NCBI GenBank assembly: GCA_964202905.1
Contig: CAXNJO010000001.1
Location: 736,001-800,000 of the forward strand
Length of the DNA stretch: 64,000 nucleotides
Direction: 5' to 3'
From: Polyangiales bacterium
Lineage (GTDB): Bacteria; Myxococcota_A; Polyangia; Polyangiales; JADJQN01
Both the position numbers and the translations under genes were made by a program. Under the pieces are notes generated by a model. It had not been told where the DNA came from, ran no database searches, and worked only from the letters and a program-made list of their open reading frames with translations. Shown in pieces: positions 18,722 to 28,861 of this stretch (positions are counted from its first letter, which is position 1; each line of letters opens with the position of its first letter).

Positions 18722-20950
18722 GCGTCGCGTCGGGCGCGCGTCCTGCGTCGGGCGCCGCCGAGCACGCTGAGGGCGACGAGCAGTGTGGCCCACGCGTTCG
18801 CCGTGCCGTGCTCGCCGTGCGCTGCGCCGAGCGCGCACTGGCAGCCTGGCGACGAGAGGCCGCGCGCCGCGGCGGGGCTCGCGGCGTCGGGCGCGCCGAG
18901 GCCCGCGTCCGCCTCGAGTCCGCCGTCGGGCAGGCGCGGATCGTCGGGCGCGTCCGGGTCGTTGCCGGGCACGGTCGTCGGGGGCGGCGCGTCGGGGGTC
19001 GGGACCCACACACCGAGCAGGTCGGCGATCACGTGGGCGCGCCCGCTCGCGAAGACGCAGAGCGAGCCGCCGCCCGTCGCGCCGAAGGCCAGCGCGCTCG
19101 TCGCGCCCTCCGGATCGAAGTTCAGGCTCGAGGTGCCTGGGACGGCCTCGCCGCACGGGAAGACCGTGAGAAAGCCGCGCGCGCTCGCGTCCGTGACGGT
19201 GAGATTCACGACCGCAGCGCGCACGTCGGCGGGCATCCCGCTGGCGCGCGAGAGTGGGAGTTCGAGGATCTGCCGCTCCCCGACGCGCCCCGTGTAGAGG
19301 CTCGTCGGGGCGCGTGTGTCGAGCACGCGGACGGGCGCGAGAGCCTGATACGACAGCTCGCCTGCGGGCACGAGATAGCCATTCACATCGACGACGAGGC
19401 CGACTGCGTGGGTCGACGTGACACACATGCTCCCCGCGCCGAGCGCCGAGATGATGGTATTTGCCGTCGCGGTGCCCGCGCGGAAGTTGAGGTTGCTCGT
19501 CGGCGGCACGGGCGCGCCACAGGGCGCCACCGTCACGAACCCGGCCACCTCACCGCCGAGCACGGTGACCGACGCGACGACACCCTCCGCATCCGCGGGC
19601 GCGCGCACGTCCACCTCGAAGGGCACGCCCGGGGTGAGGGTCGTCGCCGTCGCGCGGGTGTCGAGCACGCGCGTCGGCCCGGCCGCGCGCAGACCGAGGC
19701 CCGCCGGAGCCCACGCGCCCGTCCAGTCGACGACGAGGTCGACGTCCGTGCTCGCGGCGAACGTCACCGCGCCGCCTGCGCCGAGCGTCGTCGCGGCCGC
19801 GTTCGCGCGGGCGTTTCCGGGCGTGAAGTGCACCGTCGCGGTGTCCGGCGCGGGGCCTTCCGCGTAGGCCTGCACGAAGCCCGCGGCCATACGCGGCACG
19901 GCGGTGACGTTCAGCCACACCGCGCTCGCGTCCGTCGGCAGCGCGGACCACGACGCGAACGTCCCGCGTCCGCGTCCCGCCGAGCGGCCCGCCCGTCGCG
20001 CCGTCCGAGCGCACGAGGCGCGCGCTGCCCTCGGGGGTGCGCGTGTCGAAGAGCCGCTCGGCGGGCACGAAGCGGAAGCGCGAGCGCCCGGCGACGGGCG
20101 TGACGCCGGGGAGCGTGGCGTCCGCGAGGCGCGTCGCCTCCGGCGGCTCGAGCGGTGTCGGCGGGCCGCAGCGTGGCGGCGAGGGCAGGCACACCTCGCC
20201 CGTCGCGGCGCAGTCGACGAAGGTGCAGTCCTCGCGCACCGCGGCCGTCCCGTAGCAGACGACGGGACACGTCATCGGCGGCGCACCCTCGGTGAAGAAG
20301 CGCGTGCGCTTCGCGGCGCCATCGACGCTCAGCTCGGTGTGAATGTGATTCACGTGGTGATCGGTGCGATAGGCGCCCGAGCTCGTGCGTGTGTCCGAAA
20401 TCTCGGTGAATCCGCGCTCGCCATTCCAGAACATCCCATCCCAGATCACGCGTTGAATGCCGATGTACTCGGCATTCTCGATGAGCCAGTGGGCGACCGC
20501 GTCTCCGCGGGTGTTGTCCGCGTCGCCATCGATGGTGGGAATCATCAGATCGATGGCGCGACCGATCGAATGTACGGACAGAGATCCCGTGCTGCTCGGG
20601 TTGCTGTTGCGCCGGCACGAATACGTGCCTCCGGCGCGCACGTACGGCCAGCGCGTGCGGATGTAGACGTCGAGTTCGGTGGTGCCGGGATGGGCGCGGA
20701 GGCAGGCGGGATGGGTGCACGTGCCCACCCACGGATCGGTCGAGGTGCAGCTCCCGAGCGGAAGCACCGTCGGCGGATCGACGACGTCGACGAACTGCGT
20801 CGCCGCGAGCTCGCGCGTGCTCGTGGGCGGGTTCCAGTCGCCCGGCACCCTCACGGCCTGTCGCTGATCGCCGACGGGCTCCTGCACGCAGCCCGCGAGC
20901 GCGAGGGCGAGGAGCCGCGATGCCGAGTGCGCGTGCGGGCGGGGGGTCAC
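18718..20950 (-). CDS. surface protein: M15/LAS-like Zn-peptidase domain, beta-sandwich repeats, MYXO-CTERM-like tail; +1 frameshift near 19965
   Basis: Lipobox-like LAGC; H-x6-D (HSIGRAID) and HxH (NHIH); three RL/VxDTR...NVT modules; GCQC-TM-RRR tail. ORFs 19550..20950 and 18718..19920 join if one base is removed. Confidence 0.75.
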
Positions 20951-21102
20951 CCCGCCGAGGGTGCCTGAGGTCGCCGCGCCCGTCCACGCATCGGGCCGCT
21001 GCCCGGGGAAGGGGGCGCGCGCGGACCGGCGCCGTGAGCGTGCGTCGCGGGAGGCTTGTCACGCGTGTTTCGACCCTTGGTGGCGCCCGCGTAGGCGCAT
21101 CC

Positions 21103-21802
21103 ATGCGCAGCGCCGCGCTCGCGCGCATCGTCGTCGCCGCGGGCGTGGCCCTGCTCGCCGCCTGTGGCGACGACGTCGCGCCCTCCGGCCTCGACGCGTC
21201 GTTCGACGGCGCGACCCTCGCCGTACGTTCTGCGAGGATCTCGACGGCGTCGCGTCGGTCGCGTGCGGCGGCGACGACTGCGACGACACCGACGCGCCCC
21301 GGGGGGGCGAGCAGCACGTGGAGCGCGTGTTGCGCGGCCGACGAGGGCCCGACCGTCACGGGGACGTGCAGCGGCTGCGACGATGATCTCGACGGGCATA
21401 CGGACGAAGGCTTCGCCTGCGAGCAGAACGCGCTGCGCACCTGTCTCGTCACCGCGTGTGGCACCCCCGGAGTTCGTTCTTGCACGGCCACCTGCACCGA
21501 AGCGTCGGCCGAGCGCCGCGCGGTGGGCGAGTTCGGCAACCACTGCGACGACGATGTTCCGGCTCGAGGCTCAGGGCGCGGGCGCCTGGCAGCTCGAGGT
21601 CGCCAGCATCGCCGCGCAGGCCCTCAGACACGGTGATTTCCTCCGCGTCGGGGTGTTCGCCTCCACGACCGCGACACGCCGCGCCATCTATCGCTGGCGC
21701 CTCGGCGGCTCGAACGATTCGGGCACGGCCTCCGCCTCGGCGTCCGGAACCTGCCGCCCCGACCGCTCGTCCGTCATCACCTCGTGCGTCTGTGATGCAT
21801 GA
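21103..21802 (+). pseudogene. degraded Cys/Asp-rich (MopE-like metal-binding repeat) lipoprotein
   Basis: Lipobox LAAC at start; CGGDDCDDTDA and CSGCDDDLDGHTDEG motifs are split over different frames. Confidence 0.6.
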
Positions 21803-21869
21803 CGCGACTCGACATCCGCCGTCCGTGGGCCGCTTGTGACGGCGCACACTTCCGCACTACAGTCGCGGG

Positions 21870-22820
21870 ATGAGTCCTCCTCGCGCCGCCTCGCTTCGCA
21901 TCGCGTCTCTCACGCTCATGGTGGTCGCGCTCGCGCTCGCGGTCGCCGGGTGCGGTGCGGACCGGCGGCGTCCGGGGGTCGCGAGTCGGTTCGACGGGGG
22001 CAGCGGGGATGGCGGCGGGGGTGGCGGGCGCGATGCGATGATTCCCGATCTCGGGATTCCGCCGAGCAGCTGCGTCGCGGACGCGCGCTTCATCTATCTC
22101 GTCGACAGTGGCAATTCGCTGCTGCGTTTCGACCCGGAATCGCGGGCGATCACGCCGATTGGCACGCTCGCGTGCGCGCCGGGAGCATCACCCTTCTCGA
22201 TGGCCGTCGACCGCAACGCGAACGCGCTCGTGCTGCACAGCGACCGGCGCATCTATCAGGTGAGTACGAGCGACGCGAGCTGCACGCCGACGCCGTACGT
22301 ACCGGGCGCGATGGGCTTCGAGCTCTTCGGCATGGGCTTCGTCTCGGACGTCGCGGGCGGGGCGTCGGAGACGCTCTACATCGCGGGTGGGCCGGAGGCG
22401 GGCGTCGGCAGCGGGCGCGCGACGTTCGGCGCGATCCGCACGGCGGATTGGTCGGTGTCGACGATCGGCCCCGTCGCGGGCTCGCCCGAGCTCACCGGCA
22501 ACGGCGAGGCGGAGCTGTGGGGCTTCTTCCCCGACGCGATGCCGATGGCGGTGCGCCAGCTCGACAAGGCCACGGGCGCGACGCTGCGCGAGTTCGACGT
22601 GTCGTCGATCGACACGAGCTTCCTGCCGCTGCCGAATGCGTGGGCCTTCGCGTACTGGGGCGGCCGCTATTACATCTTCTATCTCGGCGCGCTCGGGACG
22701 AGCTCCTCGATCTTCCGCCTCACGCCGGACACGGGCGCCGTGGAGGTCGTGATTCCCGAGACGGGCTATCGCATCGTCGGCGCGGGCGTGTCGACGTGTG
22801 CGCCGACGATCCTGATCTGA
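21870..22820 (+). CDS. conserved myxobacterial lipoprotein (beta-propeller-like)
   Basis: Lipobox VAGC; PFSMAVDR, FGMGF, ELTGNG, WAFAYWGG, IVGAGVSTCAP. Confidence 0.8.
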   Translation: MSPPRAASLRIASLTLMVVALALAVAGCGADRRRPGVASRFDGGSGDGGGGGGRDAMIPDLGIPPSSCVADARFIYLVDSGNSLLRFDPESRAITPIGTLACAPGASPFSMAVDRNANALVLHSDRRIYQVSTSDASCTPTPYVPGAMGFELFGMGFVSDVAGGASETLYIAGGPEAGVGSGRATFGAIRTADWSVSTIGPVAGSPELTGNGEAELWGFFPDAMPMAVRQLDKATGATLREFDVSSIDTSFLPLPNAWAFAYWGGRYYIFYLGALGTSSSIFRLTPDTGAVEVVIPETGYRIVGAGVSTCAPTILI

Positions 22821-22869
22821 GCGTGAATCGCCCCGCGCCGCGCGTGACGAACACCCTCCTGGGTGATGG

Positions 22870-25020
22870 TCAGAGCGTCTGACCCGTCCACGGCGCGGGC
22901 GGCGGTGACGGTGACGGCGCGGGCGCGTCGGTCGTGGGTGCGCGGGGCGACTCGGGCGGGACGCGCCAGTCGATGCCGTCGTCCGGGCGCGGCGGCACGA
23001 CGACCGTCGGCGGGGCGGGCTCGAGCACCTCGTGCGTGAGGACCATCGGCGTATCGCCGTCGCGCGCGGGGCGCCTGCGGCCGGCGGCGCGGGGCGAGTC
23101 GTTCGCGTCGACGAGGATCTGTGCGCGTAGCTGCAGGCCCGCGGTGGCGTCGTCGACCACGAAGAAGACCCCGTATTCGCCGGCCTGCGGGAAGGTGAAG
23201 CCGCCGAGCCAGGCGCCGTCGTCGCCGGGCGTCGCGCGGATTTCGCCGCGCAGGGGGCGTCCGGCCCGCGTCACACGGAAGCGCGGGTTCACGCCCGCGG
23301 GCAGCGTGGTGCCCCGAGCCAGCGTCGCGACGAGGGTCACCGCCTCGCCTGCGCGGGGCACGGCGGGGAGCGTGCGGACACCGGCCGTGGGGGCGGCGGC
23401 GTGCTCGTGCCGATCCACGATCGCCAGCCCCTCGCGGGCGCTCTGTGCTTCGGGGTCGAGGCGCAGCGCGCGGTCGTAGAGGGCGCGCGCTTCGTTCCAG
23501 CGCAGGGCCCCGCGCGCCTGATCGGCGTCGGCGACGAGCCGCAGCGCAGCGGCCGAGCGGAGGCGGAGCGCGTCTTCATCGCCGGGGTGGGCGAGCCAGA
23601 GCGCGCGCGTGAGCGTGAGCACGTCCTCGCCGGGCGCGGTGCGATGCGGGGAGGCGTCGTCCCAGGCGCCGACGTCGAAGGCCGCGCGCGCGCGCCGTGC
23701 GAGCGCGTCGCGGTCGACGGTGGCCGACTCGGCGCCACCCCAGCGCTTCGCGACGAAGGCACCGCCACCGACGGCGAACGCGCCGGTCAGAAAAGCCGCG
23801 ATCAACAGGTGTTTGCGCGTGCGCTGCCGTCGCCGTGGGAGACCGGCGATCTCGGGGGAGTCGTCGAAGCGGGGGTCGTCGCCCGTGTGTGTGGACGGGG
23901 TGTCGAGCGCCGCGTGGGTTGCGCCGTGTGGATCGACGCTGCTGCGTGCGGCGAGAGGGGGCGTGGTGGCGTGCGGGTCACGTGCTCCGCCGCGCGTCGT
24001 GTTCGCGTCGGGTGAGGGAGGCGCGAGGGATGGCGCGCCGGGCGGGAGCACGGCCGTGAGGCCCGCGCGTGCGGCAGCCTCGCGGAGCGCCTCCGCGAGG
24101 GCGCGTGCGTCGTCGAAGCGCGCGTCGGGGTTCTTGGCGAGGGTGCGTGCGACGACCTCCGCGATCGGCGCGGGGACGCCCGCCCCGCGGCCGCGCATGC
24201 GCACGTCGGGCGCGGACTCCTGCACGTGCTTCATCAGCAGCGCCACCGGCGAGGGCGCGTCGAAGGGCGTCTCGCCGCAGAGCAGCTGAAAGAGCAACAC
24301 GCCGATCGAGTAGACGTCACTGCGCGCGTCGGTGGCCTCCCCCGAGGCGCCCTCGGGGGAGATGTAGCGGGCCGTGCCGAAGATGAGACCCGATTGCGTC
24401 ACCATCGTCTGCTCGCCCCACAAAAAACGGGCGATCCCGAAGTCGAGCACCTTCACGACGTCCGCGTCGCGCCCGCGCGCGACGAGCTGCACGTTCTCGG
24501 GTTTCACGTCGCGGTGCACGACGCCCTGGCGGTGTGCCTCGCCGATCGCGTCGCAGATCTGCGTGGTGATGTGCACCGCGCGCGCCGGCGCCAGCGCACC
24601 CTCAGCGTGGATCACGTCGGCGAGCGAGCGCCCGTCGAGGTACTCCATCACGAGGAAGAGGCTGCCGTCGGGGAGCTGCCCGAAGAGGATCACGCGGACG
24701 ACGTTCGGGTGGTCGAGCGCCGCCGACACGCGCGCCTCACGCTGGAAGCGCCGTACGGCATCCGCGTTCTGCGTCAGCTCGCCGTGCAGGATCTTCACGG
24801 CGACGAGCCGCTCGACGCCGAGCTGCCGCGCCCGGTACACGGTGCCCATGCCGCCGGCGCCGATGCGCGCCTCGAGGTGGAACTGCCCGAGCAGCGTCTG
24901 CCCGATGTACGCGTCCTGCGCCGGGTCGTCGCCGAGCGGCGTGCCGTCCCGCGTGCAGAAGTCCGCCGACGCGTCGTAGCGCGCCCCGCAGCGGGCACAG
25001 GTTTTCGGGGACACGTCCAC
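22870..25020 (-). CDS. membrane Ser/Thr protein kinase with N-terminal Cys ribbon and TPR-like/Ig-like outer part
   Basis: GAGGMGTVY, VAVK, HRDVKPEN, DFG, YISPE, DVYSIG; TM after RRRQRTRK; GTG start 25020 or 25014. Confidence 0.92.
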   Translation of the reverse strand: MDVSPKTCARCGARYDASADFCTRDGTPLGDDPAQDAYIGQTLLGQFHLEARIGAGGMGTVYRARQLGVERLVAVKILHGELTQNADAVRRFQREARVSAALDHPNVVRVILFGQLPDGSLFLVMEYLDGRSLADVIHAEGALAPARAVHITTQICDAIGEAHRQGVVHRDVKPENVQLVARGRDADVVKVLDFGIARFLWGEQTMVTQSGLIFGTARYISPEGASGEATDARSDVYSIGVLLFQLLCGETPFDAPSPVALLMKHVQESAPDVRMRGRGAGVPAPIAEVVARTLAKNPDARFDDARALAEALREAAARAGLTAVLPPGAPSLAPPSPDANTTRGGARDPHATTPPLAARSSVDPHGATHAALDTPSTHTGDDPRFDDSPEIAGLPRRRQRTRKHLLIAAFLTGAFAVGGGAFVAKRWGGAESATVDRDALARRARAAFDVGAWDDASPHRTAPGEDVLTLTRALWLAHPGDEDALRLRSAAALRLVADADQARGALRWNEARALYDRALRLDPEAQSAREGLAIVDRHEHAAAPTAGVRTLPAVPRAGEAVTLVATLARGTTLPAGVNPRFRVTRAGRPLRGEIRATPGDDGAWLGGFTFPQAGEYGVFFVVDDATAGLQLRAQILVDANDSPRAAGRRRPARDGDTPMVLTHEVLEPAPPTVVVPPRPDDGIDWRVPPESPRAPTTDAPAPSPSPPPAPWTGQTL

Positions 25021-25183
25021 GTTTGCTCTCGCTCCGACGCTTGGCGGCGTAGCACCCGGCGCCCGCTGCGGCAGTGGACAGGCATGAGCCGGGCGGGGCG
25101 GGGACACGCGCCGCGCTTGCCGCGGTCGACGCCCGCGCGTTAGGGTGGCGCCCGTTCCGCTCGGCAGGGACGGAGGAGACTCG

Positions 25184-26464
25184 ATGACGTCCTCGTGGAG
25201 ATCGCTCGCGCCGCTGCTCGTGATGTTCGGGCTGCTCGCCGCGCCGTCCGTCGCCTTCGCCGACACCTCGGTGATCGTGCTCGGCATGCGCTCCGTCGAG
25301 GGCGACGACGAGTTCGCGCGCAACCTGACCGGGGCGCTGCGCCGTGCGGCCGAGCAGGTGCCTGGCCTGCGCGTCGTCGACCGCGACGTGTCGCTCGCGC
25401 AGATGATGCTGGTGTTCAGCTGTGACGAGCCGGACGCCGCGTGCCTGCAGCAGATCGCCGGCGAGCTCCGAGTCGCGCGCATCGTCTACGGCACCGCGCG
25501 CCGCACCGCGGCCGGCGACCAGTACAACTACGCGCTCGCGCTCTATTCGTTCGACGCGAGCGACAACGAGATCGACCAGCAGCTCACGGCCACCGTGCAG
25601 CGCGCGCGCAGCGACATCGACGACCTGCGCCCCGTGGCGCGTGGCTGGATGTCGGTGCTCGCCGGGCTGCCGCAGGTCGGCTCGATCGTGGTGCGTGGCG
25701 CGACGAATGGCGCGCAGGTGCTCGTCGACGGGGAGGCGGTCGGCGTCGTGGCGCGCGGGACGTTCACCGCGCGCGGCGTCCGTGCGGGCGGCCACCTCGT
25801 CGAGGTACAGGCCGAAGGGCAGCCGGGCTTCCGCCAGCGCGTGAGCGTCGAGGTCGGCGATACCATCACGCTCGATGCCCGTCGCGCTGCATCCGCCAGC
25901 GACGCGAGTGCGGCCGACGTGGCTGCCGGAGAGGCGTCGGGGGCCGAGGCGGTCGGTGTCGAGCTCGAGGCCGCGGGCGACGCAGATCCGGCCCCTGCCG
26001 AGGGCAGCGCGTCGCTCGGCACGGGCTTCTGGGTCGGCGTCGGCGCGTCGGTGCTCGGTGCGGCGATGATCGGGCTCACCGCCTACAGCTGGCTCGAGCT
26101 CGACGCGGTGGACGGCGACGCCGCGTGGCTCGCCTACCGCGGCGCGGCCGCGGCTCCCGGTCAGCCGAACGGCGTCGACGACATCTGCGTGCCGGCCGAA
26201 GCGGGCCTCGACCTCGGTACCCCCGCGGGCACCGTCGAGCGCGTGCGCTCGCTCTGCAGCACGGCGAACACGTTCGAGCCCTTGCAGTACGTCTTTCTCG
26301 GGCTCGGCATCCTCGGGCTCGGCGCGGGCATCTACCTCATCTCGACCGGCCTCGGCGGCGACGACGAGCGCGACGCGTCCGTCTCGCCCGCGGCGGGCAC
26401 GCTCTCGGTGCGCCCGGTGGTCGGGCTCCGGCAGGGCGGGCTCGAGGCGCGCCTCACCTTCTGA
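25184..26464 (+). CDS. PEGA domain-containing exported protein
   Basis: GGAGGA RBS, signal peptide (AFA-D), GAQVLVDG...GGHLVEV PEGA-like, C-terminal TM pair and terminal Phe. Confidence 0.8.
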   Translation: MTSSWRSLAPLLVMFGLLAAPSVAFADTSVIVLGMRSVEGDDEFARNLTGALRRAAEQVPGLRVVDRDVSLAQMMLVFSCDEPDAACLQQIAGELRVARIVYGTARRTAAGDQYNYALALYSFDASDNEIDQQLTATVQRARSDIDDLRPVARGWMSVLAGLPQVGSIVVRGATNGAQVLVDGEAVGVVARGTFTARGVRAGGHLVEVQAEGQPGFRQRVSVEVGDTITLDARRAASASDASAADVAAGEASGAEAVGVELEAAGDADPAPAEGSASLGTGFWVGVGASVLGAAMIGLTAYSWLELDAVDGDAAWLAYRGAAAAPGQPNGVDDICVPAEAGLDLGTPAGTVERVRSLCSTANTFEPLQYVFLGLGILGLGAGIYLISTGLGGDDERDASVSPAAGTLSVRPVVGLRQGGLEARLTF

Positions 26465-26476
26465 GTCCCCCCGCGC

Positions 26477-27091
26477 ATGCGCATCATCGGCGGGGCGCTC
26501 GGCGGGCGCCGCTTCCACGGCCCGCCCCCCGGCGCCACGCGCCCGACCTCCGACCGCGTCCGTGAGGCCGTGGCCTCGGCGCTCGAGGCGCGCGACGCGA
26601 TCGCGGGGGCGCGCGTGCTCGACCTCTACGCCGGCACCGGTGCGCTCGCGCTCGAGGCGCTCTCGCGCGGTGCGCAGCGCGCCTGCTGCGTCGAGCGGGA
26701 TCGCCGCGTCGCCGCCGCGCTCGAGGCCTGCGCCCGCGAGCTCGGCCTCGCACCGCGCGTCGAGGTGGTCGTCGCCGCGCTCGCGCCCAAGCCCGCGTCC
26801 CCGCTCGCCGCGCGCCTCCGCCGCGCCGCGGGAGGTGTGGGCTTCGATCTCGTCTTCGCGGATCCGCCCTACGCCGAGATCGACGACGTGCCGCCGCTCC
26901 TCGAGCGGCTCGCCGCGCTCGGCGTGATCGCGCCCGATGCGCTCGTCGTGCTCGAGCACGCGACGCGCCAGCCGCCGCGCCCGCCGCCCGGGGGCGCGAC
27001 ATTCTTCACGCCCGACGCGGCTTACCGCTACGGTGACACCACCGTCCTCTTCCTGCGTCGCCGCAGTGAGCCCGAGGCCTCCGACCCATGA
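26477..27091 (+). CDS. rsmD: 16S rRNA m2G966 methyltransferase
   Basis: [40 protein letters not shown]; coupled to coaD. Confidence 0.95.
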   Translation: MRIIGGALGGRRFHGPPPGATRPTSDRVREAVASALEARDAIAGARVLDLYAGTGALALEALSRGAQRACCVERDRRVAAALEACARELGLAPRVEVVVAALAPKPASPLAARLRRAAGGVGFDLVFADPPYAEIDDVPPLLERLAALGVIAPDALVVLEHATRQPPRPPPGGATFFTPDAAYRYGDTTVLFLRRRSEPEASDP

Positions 27092-27567
27092 GCACCGCGA
27101 TCTACCCGGGGTCCTTCGACCCGATCACGAACGGCCACGTCAGCATCCTGCAGAGCGGGCTGCGCGCCTTCGACCGCATCGTGGTCGCCGTGCTGCACAA
27201 CCCGAAGAAGAGCGCGCTCTTCAGCGTCGAGGAGCGCATCACGATGATCCGCGAGGCGCTCGGCGACGACCCGCGCTTCGAGGTCGACACCTTCGAGGGG
27301 CTGCTCGTCGACTACGCCCGCAAGAAGCAGGTCAACGTCGTCCTGCGCGGCCTGCGCGCCGTCGCGGACTTCGAGTACGAGCTGCAGATGGCCAACATGA
27401 ACCGTCACCTCAACGAAGAGGTCGAGACGGTCTTCATCATGGCGAAGGACGCCTACTTCTACGTCTCGTCGAACCTCGTGAAGGAGGCCGCGCGCCTCGG
27501 CGGCGACGTCTCGAAGCTCGTCCCGGCGAGCGTCGACGCGCGCCTGCACGCGAAGCTGCGCGGCTGA
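27088..27567 (+). CDS. coaD: pantetheine-phosphate adenylyltransferase
   Basis: [35 protein letters not shown]. Confidence 0.97.
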   Translation: MSTAIYPGSFDPITNGHVSILQSGLRAFDRIVVAVLHNPKKSALFSVEERITMIREALGDDPRFEVDTFEGLLVDYARKKQVNVVLRGLRAVADFEYELQMANMNRHLNEEVETVFIMAKDAYFYVSSNLVKEAARLGGDVSKLVPASVDARLHAKLRG

Positions 27568-27705
27568 ATCGCCATTCAGTGATGTGGGGCCGCGCCCCCG
27601 CGGGTCTGCACGCGACGCTGCGCGGCTGAATCGCCATTCAGTGATGTGGGGCCGCGCCCCCGCGGGTCTGCATGCGACGCTGCGCGGCTGAATCGCCATT
27701 CATCG
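27544..27705. repeat. 62-bp tandem repeat (about 2.6 copies) with hairpin core CTGAAT-CGCC-ATTCAG
   Basis: Units start at 27544, 27606, 27668; first unit includes the last coaD codons and stop. Confidence 0.93.
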
Positions 27706-27716
27706 CCGCGGCGACG

Positions 27717-28859
27717 TCACGCGACGGGCCGTGCGGGGAAGGTCCGCGCCGCGCCCGCGGCCACGAGCGCGCGCAGCGCCCCGACGTCGGCGACGCCGAC
27801 GCGCCCCATGCGCAGCTCGTCGAGCGTCGTCTCGCCGGCTGCGAGCGCGCGGCGCACGCGCAGCCAGCCGTGCAGGTAGCCCGCGTCGCGCGCGACGCCC
27901 CCACCGCGGTACGCGCGCTCGCACACGGCGACGGCGGCGTCGGGCGCGAGTCCGTGCTCCCGCGTGAGCGTGAGCGCGCAGGCGCCGAAGGGCTCGCCCG
28001 CGTGCACGGCGTCGGTCGCGACCACGCGCGCGGCGAGCGTCCGCGCCCGCGTCGCGTCGAGGCAGCCCGCGCCCTCTTCGAGCGCGAGCGCGACGCCCTC
28101 CTGATCGGCGAAGGATCCCGCCGTGCCGACCTCCAGCAGACGCAGCGGCTGCATGCGCGCGTGGGCGGCGCTCACGAGGTGTCCGAACACCTCGTGCACC
28201 GCGAGCCGCCGCGCCTCGCGCGGGCCGAAGTCGCGCGCGGCGAGGAGGATCAGCCGGTCACCGGTCGCGGCGTTCGCGGCGAGCCGCGGCTCGACGCGCA
28301 CCGTCACCGCGAGCCCGGCCGCGGCGGCGGCCTCGCGCAGCACGCGCGCCGCGGAGGGCCCGCCGTGCGGATCGTCGGCGGGGAGCGTGCGCGGCTCCGG
28401 CGGCTCGGGCGCGGCGCGCAGCATCCGGCGCGCCTCCTCCGCGAGCGTGCGCGTGTCTCCGTCCGCGCCGACGATGCGCGCGTCGCCGCGCCCGTAGCGC
28501 TGCGCGGCGAGCGGCGGCACGGCGCGCGCGTCGCCGAGCGCCGCGAGGATGCGCAGCTCGAGCTCGAGCTCGTCGAGCCGCGTGAGGTAGAGCGTGGCCG
28601 CGGGCGAGTCGGGCGCGACGCGGCGCGCCTCGTCGAGCGCGTGCGCGGCCTCCGGCGGCAGCGGGCGCGGCGTGTAACGGAGCTGCGGTGTCGGGGCGCG
28701 CCCCGCGGCGACGTCGCGGATCAGCCGCGCGCGCTCCGCGTCTGCGCCGTCGACGGTGAGCGCGGGCAGCAGGCGCGCGGCCGTGGCGATACGCCCGAGC
28801 AGCGCGTCGAGGTGCGCGCGCGCGGCCTCGGGGCCCGGCTTCGCGCGCCGTGTCGCCAT
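27717..28859 (-). CDS. DUF1704 / QEGLA-motif metallopeptidase (MATCAP-like)
   Basis: HEVFGH (HExxxH), QEGVA, RAYRGGG.ARDAGYLHG. Confidence 0.85.
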   Translation of the reverse strand: MATRRAKPGPEAARAHLDALLGRIATAARLLPALTVDGADAERARLIRDVAAGRAPTPQLRYTPRPLPPEAAHALDEARRVAPDSPAATLYLTRLDELELELRILAALGDARAVPPLAAQRYGRGDARIVGADGDTRTLAEEARRMLRAAPEPPEPRTLPADDPHGGPSAARVLREAAAAAGLAVTVRVEPRLAANAATGDRLILLAARDFGPREARRLAVHEVFGHLVSAAHARMQPLRLLEVGTAGSFADQEGVALALEEGAGCLDATRARTLAARVVATDAVHAGEPFGACALTLTREHGLAPDAAVAVCERAYRGGGVARDAGYLHGWLRVRRALAAGETTLDELRMGRVGVADVGALRALVAAGAARTFPARPVA

Positions 28860-28861
28860 CG

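Noticed and set aside
27544..27705. CRISPR array with palindromic repeat
   Set aside because: Whole 62-bp units are duplicated, so there are no unique spacers
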